NCBI GenBank assembly: GCA_013265495.1
Contig: MU058337.1
Location: forward strand, 3,192,686 to 3,256,685
DNA: 64,000 nt
Reading direction: 5' to 3'
DNA from: Vicugna vicugna
Taxonomy: Eukaryota
Part shown: positions 25,013 to 38,728 of the stretch, one piece after another
Position numbering within the stretch: position 1 is the first letter of the stretch
How the letters are laid out: the number at the start of each line of letters is the position of its first letter
Notes under the pieces: generated by a model
Seen by the model: the letters and a program-made list of their open reading frames with translations, nothing else
Told to the model about the DNA's origin: nothing
Databases searched by the model: none
Translations under genes and position numbers: made by a program

Positions 25013-26454
25013 TTTAATAGAGTGTTTTCAAGTATGTTACTCCTCTGTTTTAGAGAAAAGTCTCCTAAAAACCTCTCAGTTTCTGATTATACTAAAAAAG
25101 CAGTCTCCAAGTCTATATTGATAATTATCTTCTTCGTGTTTAATAATCTACTTAAAATTACTACAGAAATTTCACCCGTGCACAGCATCTAACCCTATAT
25201 ATGCCAGTATTTTAGAGAGGGGGGAAGTAATCAATTAGCAAGGCCAGGGTAAACCTCATAATTTTCTTCTACGGCAACTGATTGGCATTTGTTTTTTAGT
25301 ATAAATGCATCCAATTGGCAAGGCATGCACTATGTCTACTAGTTGGATATAAACATTAGATTTTCACACAGTTAGAAGATGTCATAACACATAGCAACAT
25401 AACAAATAGGAGTTGCATCAACGTAGAGCATGAAAACATGGGCTGAGGCATGAAGCAACCCTTACCAAGCATTTCTGGGTTTCCTTGGAATCTGGCATAA
25501 CCTAAATACTTATACAAGTTAGAGATCATTGTATTATATAATAAACAATTAAAATATGAAGGATAATTAAGAATTGTACAGGTCTCAGAATTAGATTAAT
25601 ATAGTTTAGAATGACTTATTCATAATAAATATTATATTAAGAATCTTATTCACTACCAAGTACAGTGGACATGCAACAGTCAAGATAGTCTATGGTCTTT
25701 CTGCAAATGGAGCAGGATGGCATTTTGTTTGTTTGTTATGTTTATGTTAACCTCTCTGTTTTCCTCCAGTATTCAGTTGATTTTCCCCCTTTCATAATTT
25801 TGTTTTACTCTGTCATCCCCATCATTAAAATAATACTGAGTTGTTGCCGTGGGAAGGGAAAACACAAGAGCAGGATATGAACACGTCGTCAGAGGGCTGG
25901 CTTTGCCTTCCGAAACAGGACTTGAAACTCTAAAGCTAGGGCATGTCTTGTACATGCTCTTGATTTATATAGATGTGGGCTTGGAGGAAAGAAAAATGAT
26001 CTGAATATTCCAAGGATCCAAAGAATAAGCATTTACAGCACACAGGAAAGATAAATAATGAATATTAGAAGAGGAAAGGCAATATGCAAATATATTAGTC
26101 ATTTTCCCAATCAGATGAATAAAGATCTCAATAGATAAACAGGTAGAGGAACGTTATAGAAATTACTGGTCTTTAGAGGTTGACAGTAACCTTAGAAGGA
26201 GCGCAACACCCTCATCCCTCAGCTCTGTCCAGGGGAAAAGAGCTGGACCTCATACAGGTTTAAGGCAAATCTGAGAGCAGAGGAGTAATTTTCTACATTC
26301 CCGTGTGTAGCCCAGGAATTTCAAACCTTGCAGAGAAGTTCCATATCACGGTGCCAAGCCAGTAAGATAGAGTCTGTGGGCTTGAAGGCAGCTCAGAAAA
26401 TTCTGATCACCTTGGCCTGGTGTAGACAAGGAATCAAGTTCCCCAGAAGGAGAG

Positions 26455-26968
26455 TGTGGCAGAGGATATTTTCCAAAGATGACAGCAGCAATTGCTCTCA
26501 TTCCACATGCTGTTTTTACTACGTGACCTTGACAGTCCTACCATCTTGATTCTGGTGGGCTGACAGAGTAGAAGCGACACTATGTGATTCCAGTGCTAGG
26601 TAATAAAAGGTAAACAACTTCTGCAGTTTCTCTTGGATTTTTTTTATTCCAGGCATCCATGCTCTGAGGAAGCCCAAGCAGCCAAGAGAACCTCCATGTA
26701 TGTGTTAGGCCAACAGGCCCAGCCGAGGTTGCCACCAACAGCCAGCAGCCACGTTCAGACATGTGAGTAAAGGAAAGAAGCCTTTAGATGATTCAAGCCT
26801 CCAGACATCATGTATTCCAGATGAAGCCCAAAATAACTCAGAGCAGAAACAAGCTGTCCCCACTGGGCCTTTTCTGAATTCCTTCTCCTCAGAATCCAAG
26901 AATATAACAAAACAGTTGTTGTGCCATTAAATTCAGAGTGGTTTGTCATGAAGACTAGATAACTGGCA
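26455..26968 (+). mobile_element. MaLR solo LTR (MLT1G/H-like)
   Basis: 'tgtggcagaggatattttccaaagatgac...gccatgctctgaggaagcccaagcagcc...ccattaaattcagagtggtttgtcatg...tagataactgg'. Confidence 0.75.
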
Positions 26969-27029
26969 TGGAAAGGAGGGAAGGGGAGAGAAACAGAGGA
27001 GCAGATCTCAGAGGGCCCACAGAGTAGAA

Positions 27030-27720
27030 GAATCTGAAAGAAACTCTAATTTGAAAAGACACATGCACCCCAATGTTCACAGAAGCATTGTACACAATAG
27101 CCAAGACACGGAAACAACGTAAATGTCCATCGACAGATGACTGGATAGAGAAGATGTGATATATTTATACAATGGAATACTATTCAGCCATAAAAATGGA
27201 TAAAATAATACTATTTGCAGCTACATGGATGGACCTGGAGATTGTCATTCTAAATGAAGTAAGTCAGACAGATAAAGAAAAATACCATGTGATACCACTT
27301 ACATGTGAACTCTGAAAGAAACAAATAAGGACACAAATGAACTTATTTACAAAACAGAAACAGACTCACAGACATAGGAAACAAACTTATGGTTACTTTG
27401 GGGATGGGGCAGAAGGGGTGGGGGGGGATAAATTGGGAGTTCAGTATTTGTGGATACTAACCACTCTATATAAAATAGATAAACAACAAGGTGCTCCTGT
27501 ATAGCACAAGAAACCATATTCAATACCTTGTAATGGCCTATAATGAAAAAGAATATAAAAAATAATATATGTATAGATATAAATGAATCACTATGCTGTA
27601 CACCAGAAATTAACACAGCATTATAAATCAACTATACTTCTAAATAAATAGATAAACAAACTAACTAACTAACTTACTAACTAACTAAACAACATGATAA
27701 ACCCCAAAAATGTAAAAAGC
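27030..27720 (+). mobile_element. L1 ORF2 end and 3' UTR (camelid type)
   Basis: 'gacacatgcaccccaatgttcacag...aatggaatactattcagccataaaa...gctgtacaccagaaattaacacagc'. The tail has decayed into (CTAA)n. 'agaatctg' occurs on both flanks. Confidence 0.9.
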
Positions 27721-29319
27721 AGAATCTGCCCTTAGAGAAGTAAGCGTAATGTCTAAGTGCCCAGGTCCCATGCCTAGAAGCCATGTCAGGGTTCTTTGGC
27801 ATCAGGACCAGATTCCAAGATTGGTGCCCCAATACTTGGCTAAATTGAATTACATCTTAGTAAGTGTTAACGGGGACAAAAGATGGCAATGGAACAAACC
27901 CTCTCCCTGGATGCCATGACAGTCCTATAGTTTCTTAGGAACTTAGAGAAACCATGGAAGAATGGAAGGAAAATATGACAGGGGAAGAATCATGAATTGG
28001 CTAAGCTTCATCCTAAAATATTTGCATTTAAATCACATATTTAGATACGTGTGATTTAGATTTCCTCTGCCCATTCTGGATTTTTAAAAATTTGGTCAAA
28101 GGGGAAAAAAAAGTCTCATTCTCCCTACCTTAAATGTTAGCTTTATAAAATATCCAAAGTGCTAGCTTTTTTTTTTAAATGTGCTTATAGAAATGAACAT
28201 TGCTCTGAGCAGATGATATATATTATCCCAAGTCCCTTTACAAAGTTTCAAATTTTAACCGGAAAATGGTGAAAGTTGGCAAATTAGAACCAAACCCTCA
28301 TGTTTTCAATGGAGTTAATTTGAACAGAAATCAACAGCTCTTTCTGATTCCACATTGTTAGTTTAGATTAGATTAATTGTAGTAAAATAAAAATAGCATA
28401 AAATTCATTTTCTTAACTGATGTTAAATGTGCAATTCATTAGTTTCTGTTTCCAACTTCCATGATTCATTCTGTACTTTACACCTCTCTAGAGATCTAAC
28501 GTAAGCTTTCGAAGAGGGATCTTAAGAAAAGAACATGAAGTATTGTTCATAAATGGCATGTTCTAAGTTTCCACTAGTGATAATTGGCCTGTGCCCACCC
28601 AATCAGACTCCTCTCCTGAGCATTCTTTGAGACTTGTGGTACAGTTTGTAAGATCAAGGGCCTTGATGGAGATGCATCTGTGGCCTCATTCCAGAATGAA
28701 GTTAACTGGCCTGAGAAGGAGATGAATCCACAGCCACGTGCTCTAAGACACCATCAGATAATAAAATATCATCAGGGGCACTTTCTTGAGTAAAATTTAT
28801 AAATTGTCAACATGGTGTAATTGAAAGTCTGGGATTTTGTTGGCGTCAGCGTTTCTCAGGCCAGAGTGATGCTAGCAACGAAAGAAAACCAAGGGAGGGA
28901 TGTAGGTCATCACACTGCACGAAGCCATCAGCCGTGCGGAACTCGAGAGAGACGGAACGTTTGGAGAAAGGTTACACGTTGTGAGCAGATGTATTGTAGC
29001 ATTTCCTGCCTCGGAGACAACACAATGGAAGTTGGGTTCAGTGGATTCTCACCAAAATAAAAGTAAAGCGTCAGTATTAGCCGTTGAAATAGTCAGTACA
29101 CACCTTCTCTATGTTGGAATGAGTGAATTATTAATGGTGGTTGGAGTTCAGTTCTCAGGAAGATGATGACGAGGAGGAGAGAGCAATTCATACTTCTGTT
29201 TCCCATCTGACTTTGAAAGGAGAATCGGGGCAAGTTAAGGACACTGACCACAGTTTGGGCTATTATTTATCAAGTATCGTAAGAAATAAACACGCGTGTA
29301 GAAGCACTGATATTTCATT

Positions 29320-29730
29320 TAAATAATTTTTGAGCCTTTGGCCACTCAGCAGAGCTCATAGACCTCTGAAGTATTCACACACATGAAATAGGGTGCCCAG
29401 GATCGCAAAGGAAAACAGCTTATTGAAACATAGTTAAAACATTGAAAACTATTAACGTCCACAATTACAAAGTAATGGTGGGTATACACAGTGTTTTTTG
29501 ATATATTCAAATAACTTGAATGTCATATGAAAGTTTCTGATTTCCATTGGTGACAAAGTCACCTAGGACTGCTTGTGCTACTGTGGTTTAATGCCTACAT
29601 ATAACATCAAAGGAATGTTACATTTCAGTTAAAAGACAGTAAAAATACTCAAAAAATCTCATCCAAATTTATGAACGCTCCAAAGTCTATCCACAAATCC
29701 CTCAGGAGTCCGTTTCAAGAACGTCTGGGT
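29320..29730. mobile_element. hAT-Charlie element (Charlie4a-like)
   Basis: 'ccattggtgacaaagtcacc...ctactgtggtttaatgcctacat...catccaaatttatgaac...tctatccac' resembles the Charlie4a consensus. Confidence 0.55.
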
Positions 29731-30800
29731 TAGGATTAGACTCCGGCTCCACTCCAGCACGTAAAGAGTTGCTGAATGTGTCTAACTAATGTCAGGAGAG
29801 GTTGTTTATCAGCTGAAATTCCAGGGGAAGCATAGAGACAAAACAAGAAAAGCAAAACTTCCTACCTGTATCCCCCAGCAGTAAGCCAGCAACCATTGTC
29901 TGGCCGAGTCCCCAGAGACAAAAAGCTATGTGCACGAGACATCAAAAAAGGATTTCGCCAAATGCATCATTTTAACCTTACTTGATTAGAGTTAAAAGTA
30001 ACTGAAGAAAGTGTGTAGAAATATCAGATGAGCAAGACGGTATCTGTGCTTAACCATATGTTCTTTTTCTAGCCCTTCAAGTGAAATTTCTTCTCTGCTT
30101 AATTTTCTGTGTAAGTTCAGCTATGTCAGTTCCATAGGAAAGAGCGAGTTACTTAAACATTCAGCTCCTCACTTTTCTCTTATGCAAAATAAATGGCTTA
30201 AGCTAAATGATCCTTTAGGTGGACTGTAGTGGGAAGAGAATTAGCTCTGAAGTTAAACATTAGTTAACATGCCTACTGTACTGTTATTAAATAAAATATG
30301 ATTTAAGAAAATTGAGACCAGGTTCATTACAGAATTGTTATGAGGATCAAATAAGATCAAATACTATTTCTATAAGGTACACGAGAGGCACTAAATAAGG
30401 TGACTTCATGCCCAGACTCTAATGAGCTTGAACTAGAAATGCCTGCCCCACATATAGGAAATACCGGTTATTGGCTCTCCTGTCTGTCTCATATAGATAA
30501 AATAATTTGATCACGGTGACCTGTCAGACTAACAGGATAGAGCACATCACCTGGAGCTTTTTAAAACCAGTTCTTGCCATTTAAACCATTATTTGAAAAC
30601 ATTCACAGTGCGATCCTAAATGAGAGAATTCCTCCAAACGCCAAGCCACCTCAGTAGTCGACAGGGATAAAGAACGTGACACAGAAAAGGACCATTCTAG
30701 GCTAACTGCTGAAACTCCTTGTGCTTAGAGACGAAAGGGCCCCGGGGAGGGAATTTGGGGTCTCGGCTAACTCACACTTGCCGTTACCTTTCTCTCCACG

Positions 30801-31302
30801 TGTGGTACGCAGAGTGACGGTCCCCCGAGACATCCAAGTACTGATCCCTGGGACCTGTGAATATGTCACCTTACATGGCAAGGCGGGGTTTGCAGACGTG
30901 ATTCAATGAAAAGTGAATCTTGAGATGGAGTGATTATCCTGGAACATCCAAGAGGGCCCAATGAAATCACAGTGAAATCATAACAGGGAGCTTGAAAGCT
31001 GAGTCACAGAGTGACATGTGACGAAGTGGACAGAAGTGAAGAGAAGAGAGAAAGAGAGAGACTGAGGCTTGAGGATGCTATGCTCCCATCTTTGAAGATG
31101 AAGGAGGGGCCAAGAGACCAAGAACACGGGTGGCCTATAGAAGCTGGAAAAGGCAAAGAGACAAATTCTCCCCCAGAGCTTCCAGAAAGAGAGTGACTCT
31201 GCTGACACTTTGGTTTTAGAATTTCTAACTACAGACTATGTATTGATTTAATCCACTTAATTTGTTGTAAATTTTTTACAGCATCTATAGGAAGCTAATG
31301 CA
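30801..31302 (+). mobile_element. MaLR solo LTR (MLT1D-like)
   Basis: TG...CA termini. 'ccctgggacctgtgaatatgtcaccttacatggcaagg...gaagctggaaaaggcaaagagacaaattctcccccagagcttccagaaag...ttacagcatctataggaagctaatgca'. Confidence 0.85.
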
Positions 31303-31769
31303 TCCTTTATCTATGTCCAGCAATTTTTATACTTTCCTCTGCACTGCTTAACATATGAGCCATAGAATTGAACCAAATAAATACATATTGGATCACCATG
31401 TGTAGAAGTACATGTTTCCACACAGAACTGTAATCTCTCACCTTCACAAAGAGTCATGGGAAGATGGGTGAGGACTTAGACTTTCGCTACTGCTTTATTA
31501 ATCATTTACACTCAATGTTATGAAAAATCAGAAATACCTTAAAATGATTACTTAGCTCATATTTAAAACTCTTCCCACATGGTGTTGACACTTTCCTCAT
31601 AATCAAATGCATCGTTCATCCCATTAGCATTGGAATATCAATGATTTCTTAATAGCAGGCATCTGACCTTTTCGGGTTAACACCGTAGCTAGACTTCAGA
31701 ATGTCACAAGGAGAATAAGACACGTAAATGGAGAGAGTCTGACACTGTGCGTGGCCGCGTGTGTAAAAG

Positions 31770-31965
31770 ACGTCACACTGCCTGTGTGACGTCCCTGGGC
31801 TTTGAAAACTACCTGCCTCCTGTGGACCTCCGTTTTCTCAAAATTAGAGATACGAATGATACCTCGTAAGATGGGGAGAAATAACCAACAAGGAAACGTA
31901 CGTAAAGTGCTAAGAAGAGTGCTCCACGCATAGGGTCACTCTGAGAACATTGGTCATTAGTGTCG
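31770..31965 (+). mobile_element. MIR SINE
   Basis: 'tgtgtgac...cctccgttttctca...atacctcgtaag...cgtaaagtgctaagaagagtg'. Confidence 0.5.
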
Positions 31966-34900
31966 TTATTACTGTCACCACTACAATTCCCGCTAAACCA
32001 CGCGGATGTTCAAGATCTGAAAGCTCCCCCACTAGCACAGTTATGGCGGAAACACTGCAGAGGTCGTAAGTGTCCGCCGTCCTGCTGTCTTGTAGCGACA
32101 GCCAGCGTGACTCCCCACCTGGTCATTGACATCCCCGCTGATGGCACTGCTGCCGCACACCGACCCCTGGCAAGCCCTTCTGCCATTTCAAGAGCTTTGT
32201 TTCAGTAATGTAAGATCATCATAAATATTTTTCAAGAAAAATGAGCTGTTTGGATGTTTTGGGGCATTTACATTCCCATGGCAAAATTAGGGTCTCTTTT
32301 GGGCCCTCGGAGTTGGAGAGTAAGAATCGTAAACCAACAAATGGATGAGGCCCTTTAAATCAGGTGGTGTGCCTTGACCTCTGTATCCAATCTAAAAAGA
32401 AATTCGCTTATCGGAAACAAGCATTAATCAAATATGTCATAACTGTGTTGAAGACACATTTTTCCTCCTGAGAAACAAAAATCTCAATGTCACGCTAACA
32501 CTGTGATTTCTGAATTGTATTGGTAAATACCTGGGTAACCAGGACACTAGGTACCAATTACTAGAATAAGAATGCAGAATGCTCATTAAGAAGCCACTTC
32601 CAATTCTATCAGAAGTGGCCACGGACAGCTTCTTAAACTCTCCTCTGGGATTCTACAGCAGGAACGTAGAACTAATAAGGTGTCACCTGGTGTTTACAAC
32701 GCACGCTGCAAATATATAATTAGCTGAATAATTTAGTAATCAAATGTAATCCACTCAAGAATGTGTCTCTTTAAAGCCTTTGAACACAACCGCGGACCAC
32801 TATAATCTCCCACTTCTCCAGATCCATAGCTTTCGTTAAATACACCTCCTCATTTGAAGATTAATTATTTTGCCATCTAATGACACTTTTTAACTTACTT
32901 TTGTTCTTCTTCAAAACTTTACATCTTTTCTCCCAACTAGAGTGCACAGTTTTAACTGTGTATATTAACTTCGTATGCATTAAGTATTAGCACCCCAGAC
33001 CTTTATTTTTTATCAGATTACTTTCAGATATTACTGAGTCCATGTTCGCAGGCTTAACTTTCACATGCTCTGGTTAACTCCTTGCAGCGTACAAGTCAGA
33101 CTACAACGCATCCGTTCCATCAGAGGCGGAAGAGGAGACAAGACACACCATGGTGGAAGTAATACGTCTCCGTTAATAATTGTAGCCTGAAGCTTCGGCT
33201 TTATTATCAACCAGATATTAGCATCGTTTCCACAAGGTGCAGAATATATTGGTTGGCTTAATTCTTTCACTAATTCGATAAACATCTGCAGAAGATCTCA
33301 AAAGTCTAACACTGCTTCAGTTATTGGCAATATAAATGTTCTATTTGTCATGTTTTATAGAGGGCAAAATGGAAAAGTGATTTTAACATGGGCACATTTT
33401 TTTTTTAGTGGCCTATTATTGCATTAGCACAGAATCAATCCTAAGAAGGTCAGTTAGAAATGATCCAATCGTTTTTCCTGTCTTTGACATGCCTTACAAA
33501 GTTTTTACTCTACATCCTTGCATTTGTAGTAAGGGGGAAATAAACACAGGGCTTTAAATACAATAACTGTTTAGACTCCGGGCTGCTATATTTACATCCA
33601 GGGAAGAATTTTCAGAGGCGGAGAGGGGAAGAAATGGAAAGTGAGGGGCCGCTCCTCGGCGTCGTGCGGGTGAGGTGCAGCGTGGACCCCTGCAGGAGTG
33701 GGTGTGGATACAGTTGCACATCGTACAGGATCACCTGTCTTTTCTGATCATTCCTGGTACCTACCAGAGGCTTAGACTACAATCTTCAGTTGTGCCCTTT
33801 AGTAATACTGGTAGCGGTTCTGCAAGCCAGGACAAGTGGTCCTTCTTACTTGAGAACTTATGCAATTCTTAGTGTATCACGACCAGTTAGTATTCAATTC
33901 TCTCTTTTTCATACCCTTTGCTTTATTTTCTCATACTCTCTTGTGTACACTGTCCATGTCCCAAATTATTAGCTTTATAAAGATTGATATCTACACAGAC
34001 TACAGAGGATTATTAATTTTTACCAGCTGCTAAGCATGTGCTCTACCGCTTGAGATATACCCTCCCCAGCAAAAAAAACTGCTCTTTGAGACGTAAATGC
34101 AGAACTGTACAGACAGACAAATAAACAGAAATGCATAGTAGGTATCTCATTCTATCTTCCTTTTAAACCTAGTTGATTTTTTGATTCATGAACAAAATTT
34201 TTAAAAATTCTGTCAGGTATACGAAAATAAGATTGAATCCTTTTCAGTAAAAAAAAGTACATTTTTCTTATAGCTGCTTGAACAGAAACCGAAAAAAAGA
34301 TTCTACTAAGGCAAACTGCCATAAATTCTATTATCACATTAATTCAACTTCCATTAAGTACCAGGGTGCTAAGCCTTGTGTTATGCCAGTCACTCATTAT
34401 CATAGGAAGACTTGCTTTATTATATGAGATGTAGGATTTGTTCAAAATAGAATGATAGATATTATTTGGGAAGTAATATGTAATATATTATCCACCAAGA
34501 TTAGGAGATTTTAAAAAAATTGGGGAATGTACTAATCTTTAGTGCTGTAAGTATAAATTTTAGGATAATAGCAAATATTGCAATAAAAACCTTCAAAACT
34601 TTTATGGTTAAATACTAAGAATTAAAAGAGATTAATTTGCTTTCTGCTTTTGTAAAATTCATTTGGAGGGTAACTCAGGATGGTAGCCTGGAATCAGGCT
34701 GTGTTCTGGAATCACTATGCCCTTTAGAGAGTTCACTAACTTTAGATAAATGCTGAATATTGCATAAACTGACTGTCATGTCTCAAAAACGTCTGTTTTT
34801 TTCGCAGACTGAAAAGGCTATCTCCTCTATTAATGTCTCCTGCTAAAGTCTGGAGAACAAGAGTGACTAGGTCAAAAGGAGCTTAAAGCAGCAGGCTACT

Positions 34901-36580
34901 TCAATTAATAAGACAAGATAAATATTTGAGGAGCTTTAAAGGTTCATTTCTCATAAAGATTTTGATAACCATCATATGTTATATAATGACTTCATTTTCA
35001 TAATCATCTGAAGTTCCCTTCAAATTAAATATATATATTACACATAGATATATTTTATTTGACATATCCTCCCAATGAAACAATTACTTTGCTGAATTTA
35101 ATGGCCTTCCTCCTAACTGATGGAGCTGTGTGATGTTCGCCATTCTCCTATTAAAATATTCTAATTAAATCAGTCACCCTGGTCCCATCTGTTATATACT
35201 GATCTCACGCGGAGAAGCTGCTGGAATCTCTCCAGGGCAGTGGATGTACTCAGTTCCTTTCATGGCTCATTGGATGTCACATGCAAGAGGACCTTGTTCT
35301 TGGTTTGAAATTATAACTAAGGCCCCGGGTATATAACAAACCACAGTGAATGTTATGAAGATTGAATCAGCTCTTTTTTTCATACTCTCAGAATGCTTGC
35401 AGAGTGAAAACAACTGTGGCCCATGACGCTCCTTAGCAGTCTGCTTTGCGTCGTGGGTGAGGAGAGAGGCGTGAGGGGGAGCCCTGAGCATTCTCCCCAG
35501 TTCCAAGCATGAGGTGATGGCCCCAGGAACCCAGGCCCACGGGAGCCTCGGAGAACTGCTGAGTCCTCTCCAAGGCTGGACCTGACAACACCACCGACGT
35601 CAGTGCTGAGGCTGGATTTACAAGTGCAGATCTCTGTTCTCCCCAAGATCACGGCACCTCGGATTACCGTCTTCCAACCAACATGCTGGTTTTCACATTT
35701 GAATTTCTGAGGAATGAACAACGGTGACAGGGGTGGGAGGCTGGGAGATGGAGGTTAATTCCTACATCTTCGTGTGTATCACCTTCTTGTTCAAAGATGA
35801 TAATAACAAAGTTGTCCACATGTTAGTCAGGAGAAACTGGTCGACAAAATGTAGGATTCCTAAGTGACAGACGAGAAAACTGCATTTTTCTCTGCATTTG
35901 TCACTGCTATTTTTCGGCTCTAACTGTTTGATTCATGAAGTGCCAGATGTCTTTTGCAAGGGAAAAAATTGTAGTTTAACACCATGTTTTAATAATTAAA
36001 TGGCTCCATCTAGTTGATACCGCTCTTCCCTGAAATGCACAGCTACACGCTATGAACTGTGACGATGTTTCACCATAAAGTTGGCAAGTTTATTTATGTC
36101 TCATATCTTTTTGGCATTAAGAAGGCCATGAAGTGTAAACAAATAAACACATACATTGTTTACTCAAGCAGCTAAATATGTAACTTATCTATGTGTATGT
36201 ATATGTACAAATGGGCATATACCTTTTCTCTCGTCCTTTTCCTTTTTTAATATTTCATATAGTAAATATTTCAAATGTTATTTTTATTATGCATATAAAG
36301 AATCAACAGTTTCCACTAGATTTAAAAATAAAATACAATCCCCTCAATATGAAAACATTTAGCTCTTGTATCTGGTTTATTAAGAATTCACCTCTTTTAC
36401 ACAAATTGCATGTTTGTTGGTTTCTGTTAACCTTCTGCTATAACTTTTCTACCTGGCTGCTTTTTCTCACCTTGCCTCCTCCCACACACACGTACCGTCC
36501 TCCTCTACCTTTTCTCCTGGTTATATTTCACTTTGAGTCTGATCAGTACTCTGCGTTGCTGTCCATATGATGCTATATTC

Positions 36581-37132
36581 TAATTTTTTGTATTGAAGTG
36601 CAGTCAGTTACAATGTGTCAATTTTGGGTGTACAGCACAATGTCCCAGTCATGCGTATACATACATATATTCTTTTTCATTAAAAGTTTTTACAAGATAT
36701 TGACTATAGTTCCCTGTGCTATACATATCTATTTTTTAAAAATACATTTTTATATAAAGTGGTTAACATTTGCAAATCTCAAACTTCCAGATTTATCCCC
36801 TCCCACCCTCTTTTCTTGGTAACCATAAAATTATTTACTATGTTTGCAAGTCTATTACTGTTTTGTAGATGATCTCATTAGTGTCCTTTTGTTTCTTTTT
36901 CATTTTCTTTTTTTTTTAGATTCCACATATAAGTGATACCACATGGTATTTTTCTTTCTTCTTCTGGTTTACTTCACTTAGAATGACATTCTCCAGGTCC
37001 ATCCATGTTGCTGCAAATGGCATTATTTTATTCTTTTTTATGGCTGAGTAATATTCCATCATATAAATATACCACAACTTCATTATCCAGTCATCTGTCA
37101 ATGGATCTTGAGGTTGTTTCCATGTCTTGGCT
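36581..37132 (-). mobile_element. L1 ORF2 end and 3' UTR (camelid type)
   Basis: Minus-strand ORF DDWIMKLWYIYMMEYYSAIKKNKIMPFAATWMDLENVILSEVNQKKKEKYHVVSLICGI is the L1 ORF2 C-terminus. Confidence 0.92.
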
Positions 37133-38099
37133 AAGACACTTTAAATGGAGGAAATCCAATGTAGAGGTGAGAAGTCTGGAACAGGTGGTGCCAGGCTCCA
37201 TAGCTTTAAATGATCTATGCATTCCGTTAAAATGCACTTGGTTTACACAGAGAAACTAAAGATTTTGTTTCCTGTCCCTGACCACATGTGTTATTGTTAC
37301 TGAGAAAACAAAATCATTAAATTTCCTAAAACCTCATCAGACTGTTTCATAACACGTACATGATGCTAAGTAAAACCTGCCTTTAAAAAAATTTAGGAGG
37401 AAATATTTTTGCTCAGTGTTATTTGTATACCCAAGCCTTGAATTTGTAATTGCAGTGATTATTTATAATTGGCAGTATTTCTTTCAGAAAAAGAATAAAA
37501 ATGACACTTGTTCTAAATGTGTGTTAATGAAACCACAATTTAAAATAAAAATCTCATTGGAGTCTTCCAAGAGCTTACTAGAACATAGCATTACTTTTCT
37601 AACACTAAATTATAAGACCTCTATCCTGAAAAGAATTCAATTAGGTAATCATTTAATAATAATAGTTATTAGTATTTGTACCAAATTTCCAAGATCTGTG
37701 CTCAGGATTGTACAAGTTAAAAAAAAAAAAAGGCATTCATTTAGATTCAAGTTGTATTGTTTGGTTAGTATCTATCTCCATATGACCAATGTGAACAAAT
37801 CAGAGAACATCTCACTGCTGAAATCTGTGATTCTAAAAGAAAAATGAGAGATGAGAAGAAGGAATAGTCATTATTGTCTGGAGAATGGAGACAAAACTTT
37901 CTGTGGGAGGTGAAGCTTGACTCAGACTTTGAGGGGTGGCTGAGACTTGGAGGGTAGGGTCATGGGACAGAAGTGGGAAGGCGCTTTCCAGGTCAAGCTG
38001 GTGGAATGACTTCATAATGTCTTAGATGAGAACACAGTAGATATTTGGGAATTCATTGCTAAATAAAGGGATATTGATATGAGAATTCACTTTTGAGAT

Positions 38100-38370
38100 G
38101 GCTATAAAGCATGTCTGATTGCAACAAATGCCACATGTTGCTGAACAGTGGGAAGAGGCTCTTTCTCCAGGCAAGCTTTCAAATCAGACTCCAGTCCTGG
38201 TCAAAACCTTGTCTGTAACCTTATGGGAGATCCTGGAGCAAAGGACCCAACTAAACTGTGCCCAGAACCTTGATCCTCTGAAATGGTGACACATTAAAGA
38301 TGGATCACTTTATGCCACAAATTTTGCAGAAATTTGTTCCACAGCAGGAATAGATCAATAATAAAACATA
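38100..38370 (+). mobile_element. Old MLT1 LTR 3' portion
   Basis: 'gacccaactaaactgtgcccagaacc...tttatgccacaaattttgcagaaatttgttccacagcaggaatagatcaataata'. Confidence 0.55.
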
Positions 38371-38728
38371 TGAATGTGAGATGCCAGACCAAGGATGGTA
38401 GTATCGGTGTTCCACAGAGGAAGAGACTGCACAAGTAATATTAAGTTGGGGTGCAGTCAGATTAGAGAACAACAGAAGAATCAGAGGAAAGTTGTACATT
38501 TTGAAGCTTGTGGAATTTATTTAGACTTGAAATGTTGTATCCACTGTATTAGAATCCACAGGAATTAAGATACTGCTGCTCCTGCTGTTGCTACTAATAT
38601 TTTGAGAACGTTTATTTTTTCAGTTCTAAGCACCTTATGCATATTGACTCAGTGAAAGTTTGTAACTACCTTACAAGATAACTTTCTGACTGACTGCCAT
38701 TCAGAAAGTTATCTTGTAAGGTAGTTAC

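Noticed and set aside
32619..32632. REST/RE1-like 'ccacggacagc'
   Set aside because: Only the right half-site is present. The TCAGCAC half is missing.
37416..37847. 143-aa ORF and similar AT-rich ORFs (36193-36570, 54299-54628, 54777-55100)
   Set aside because: Their composition reflects AT-rich DNA. There are no recognisable domains or exon structure.
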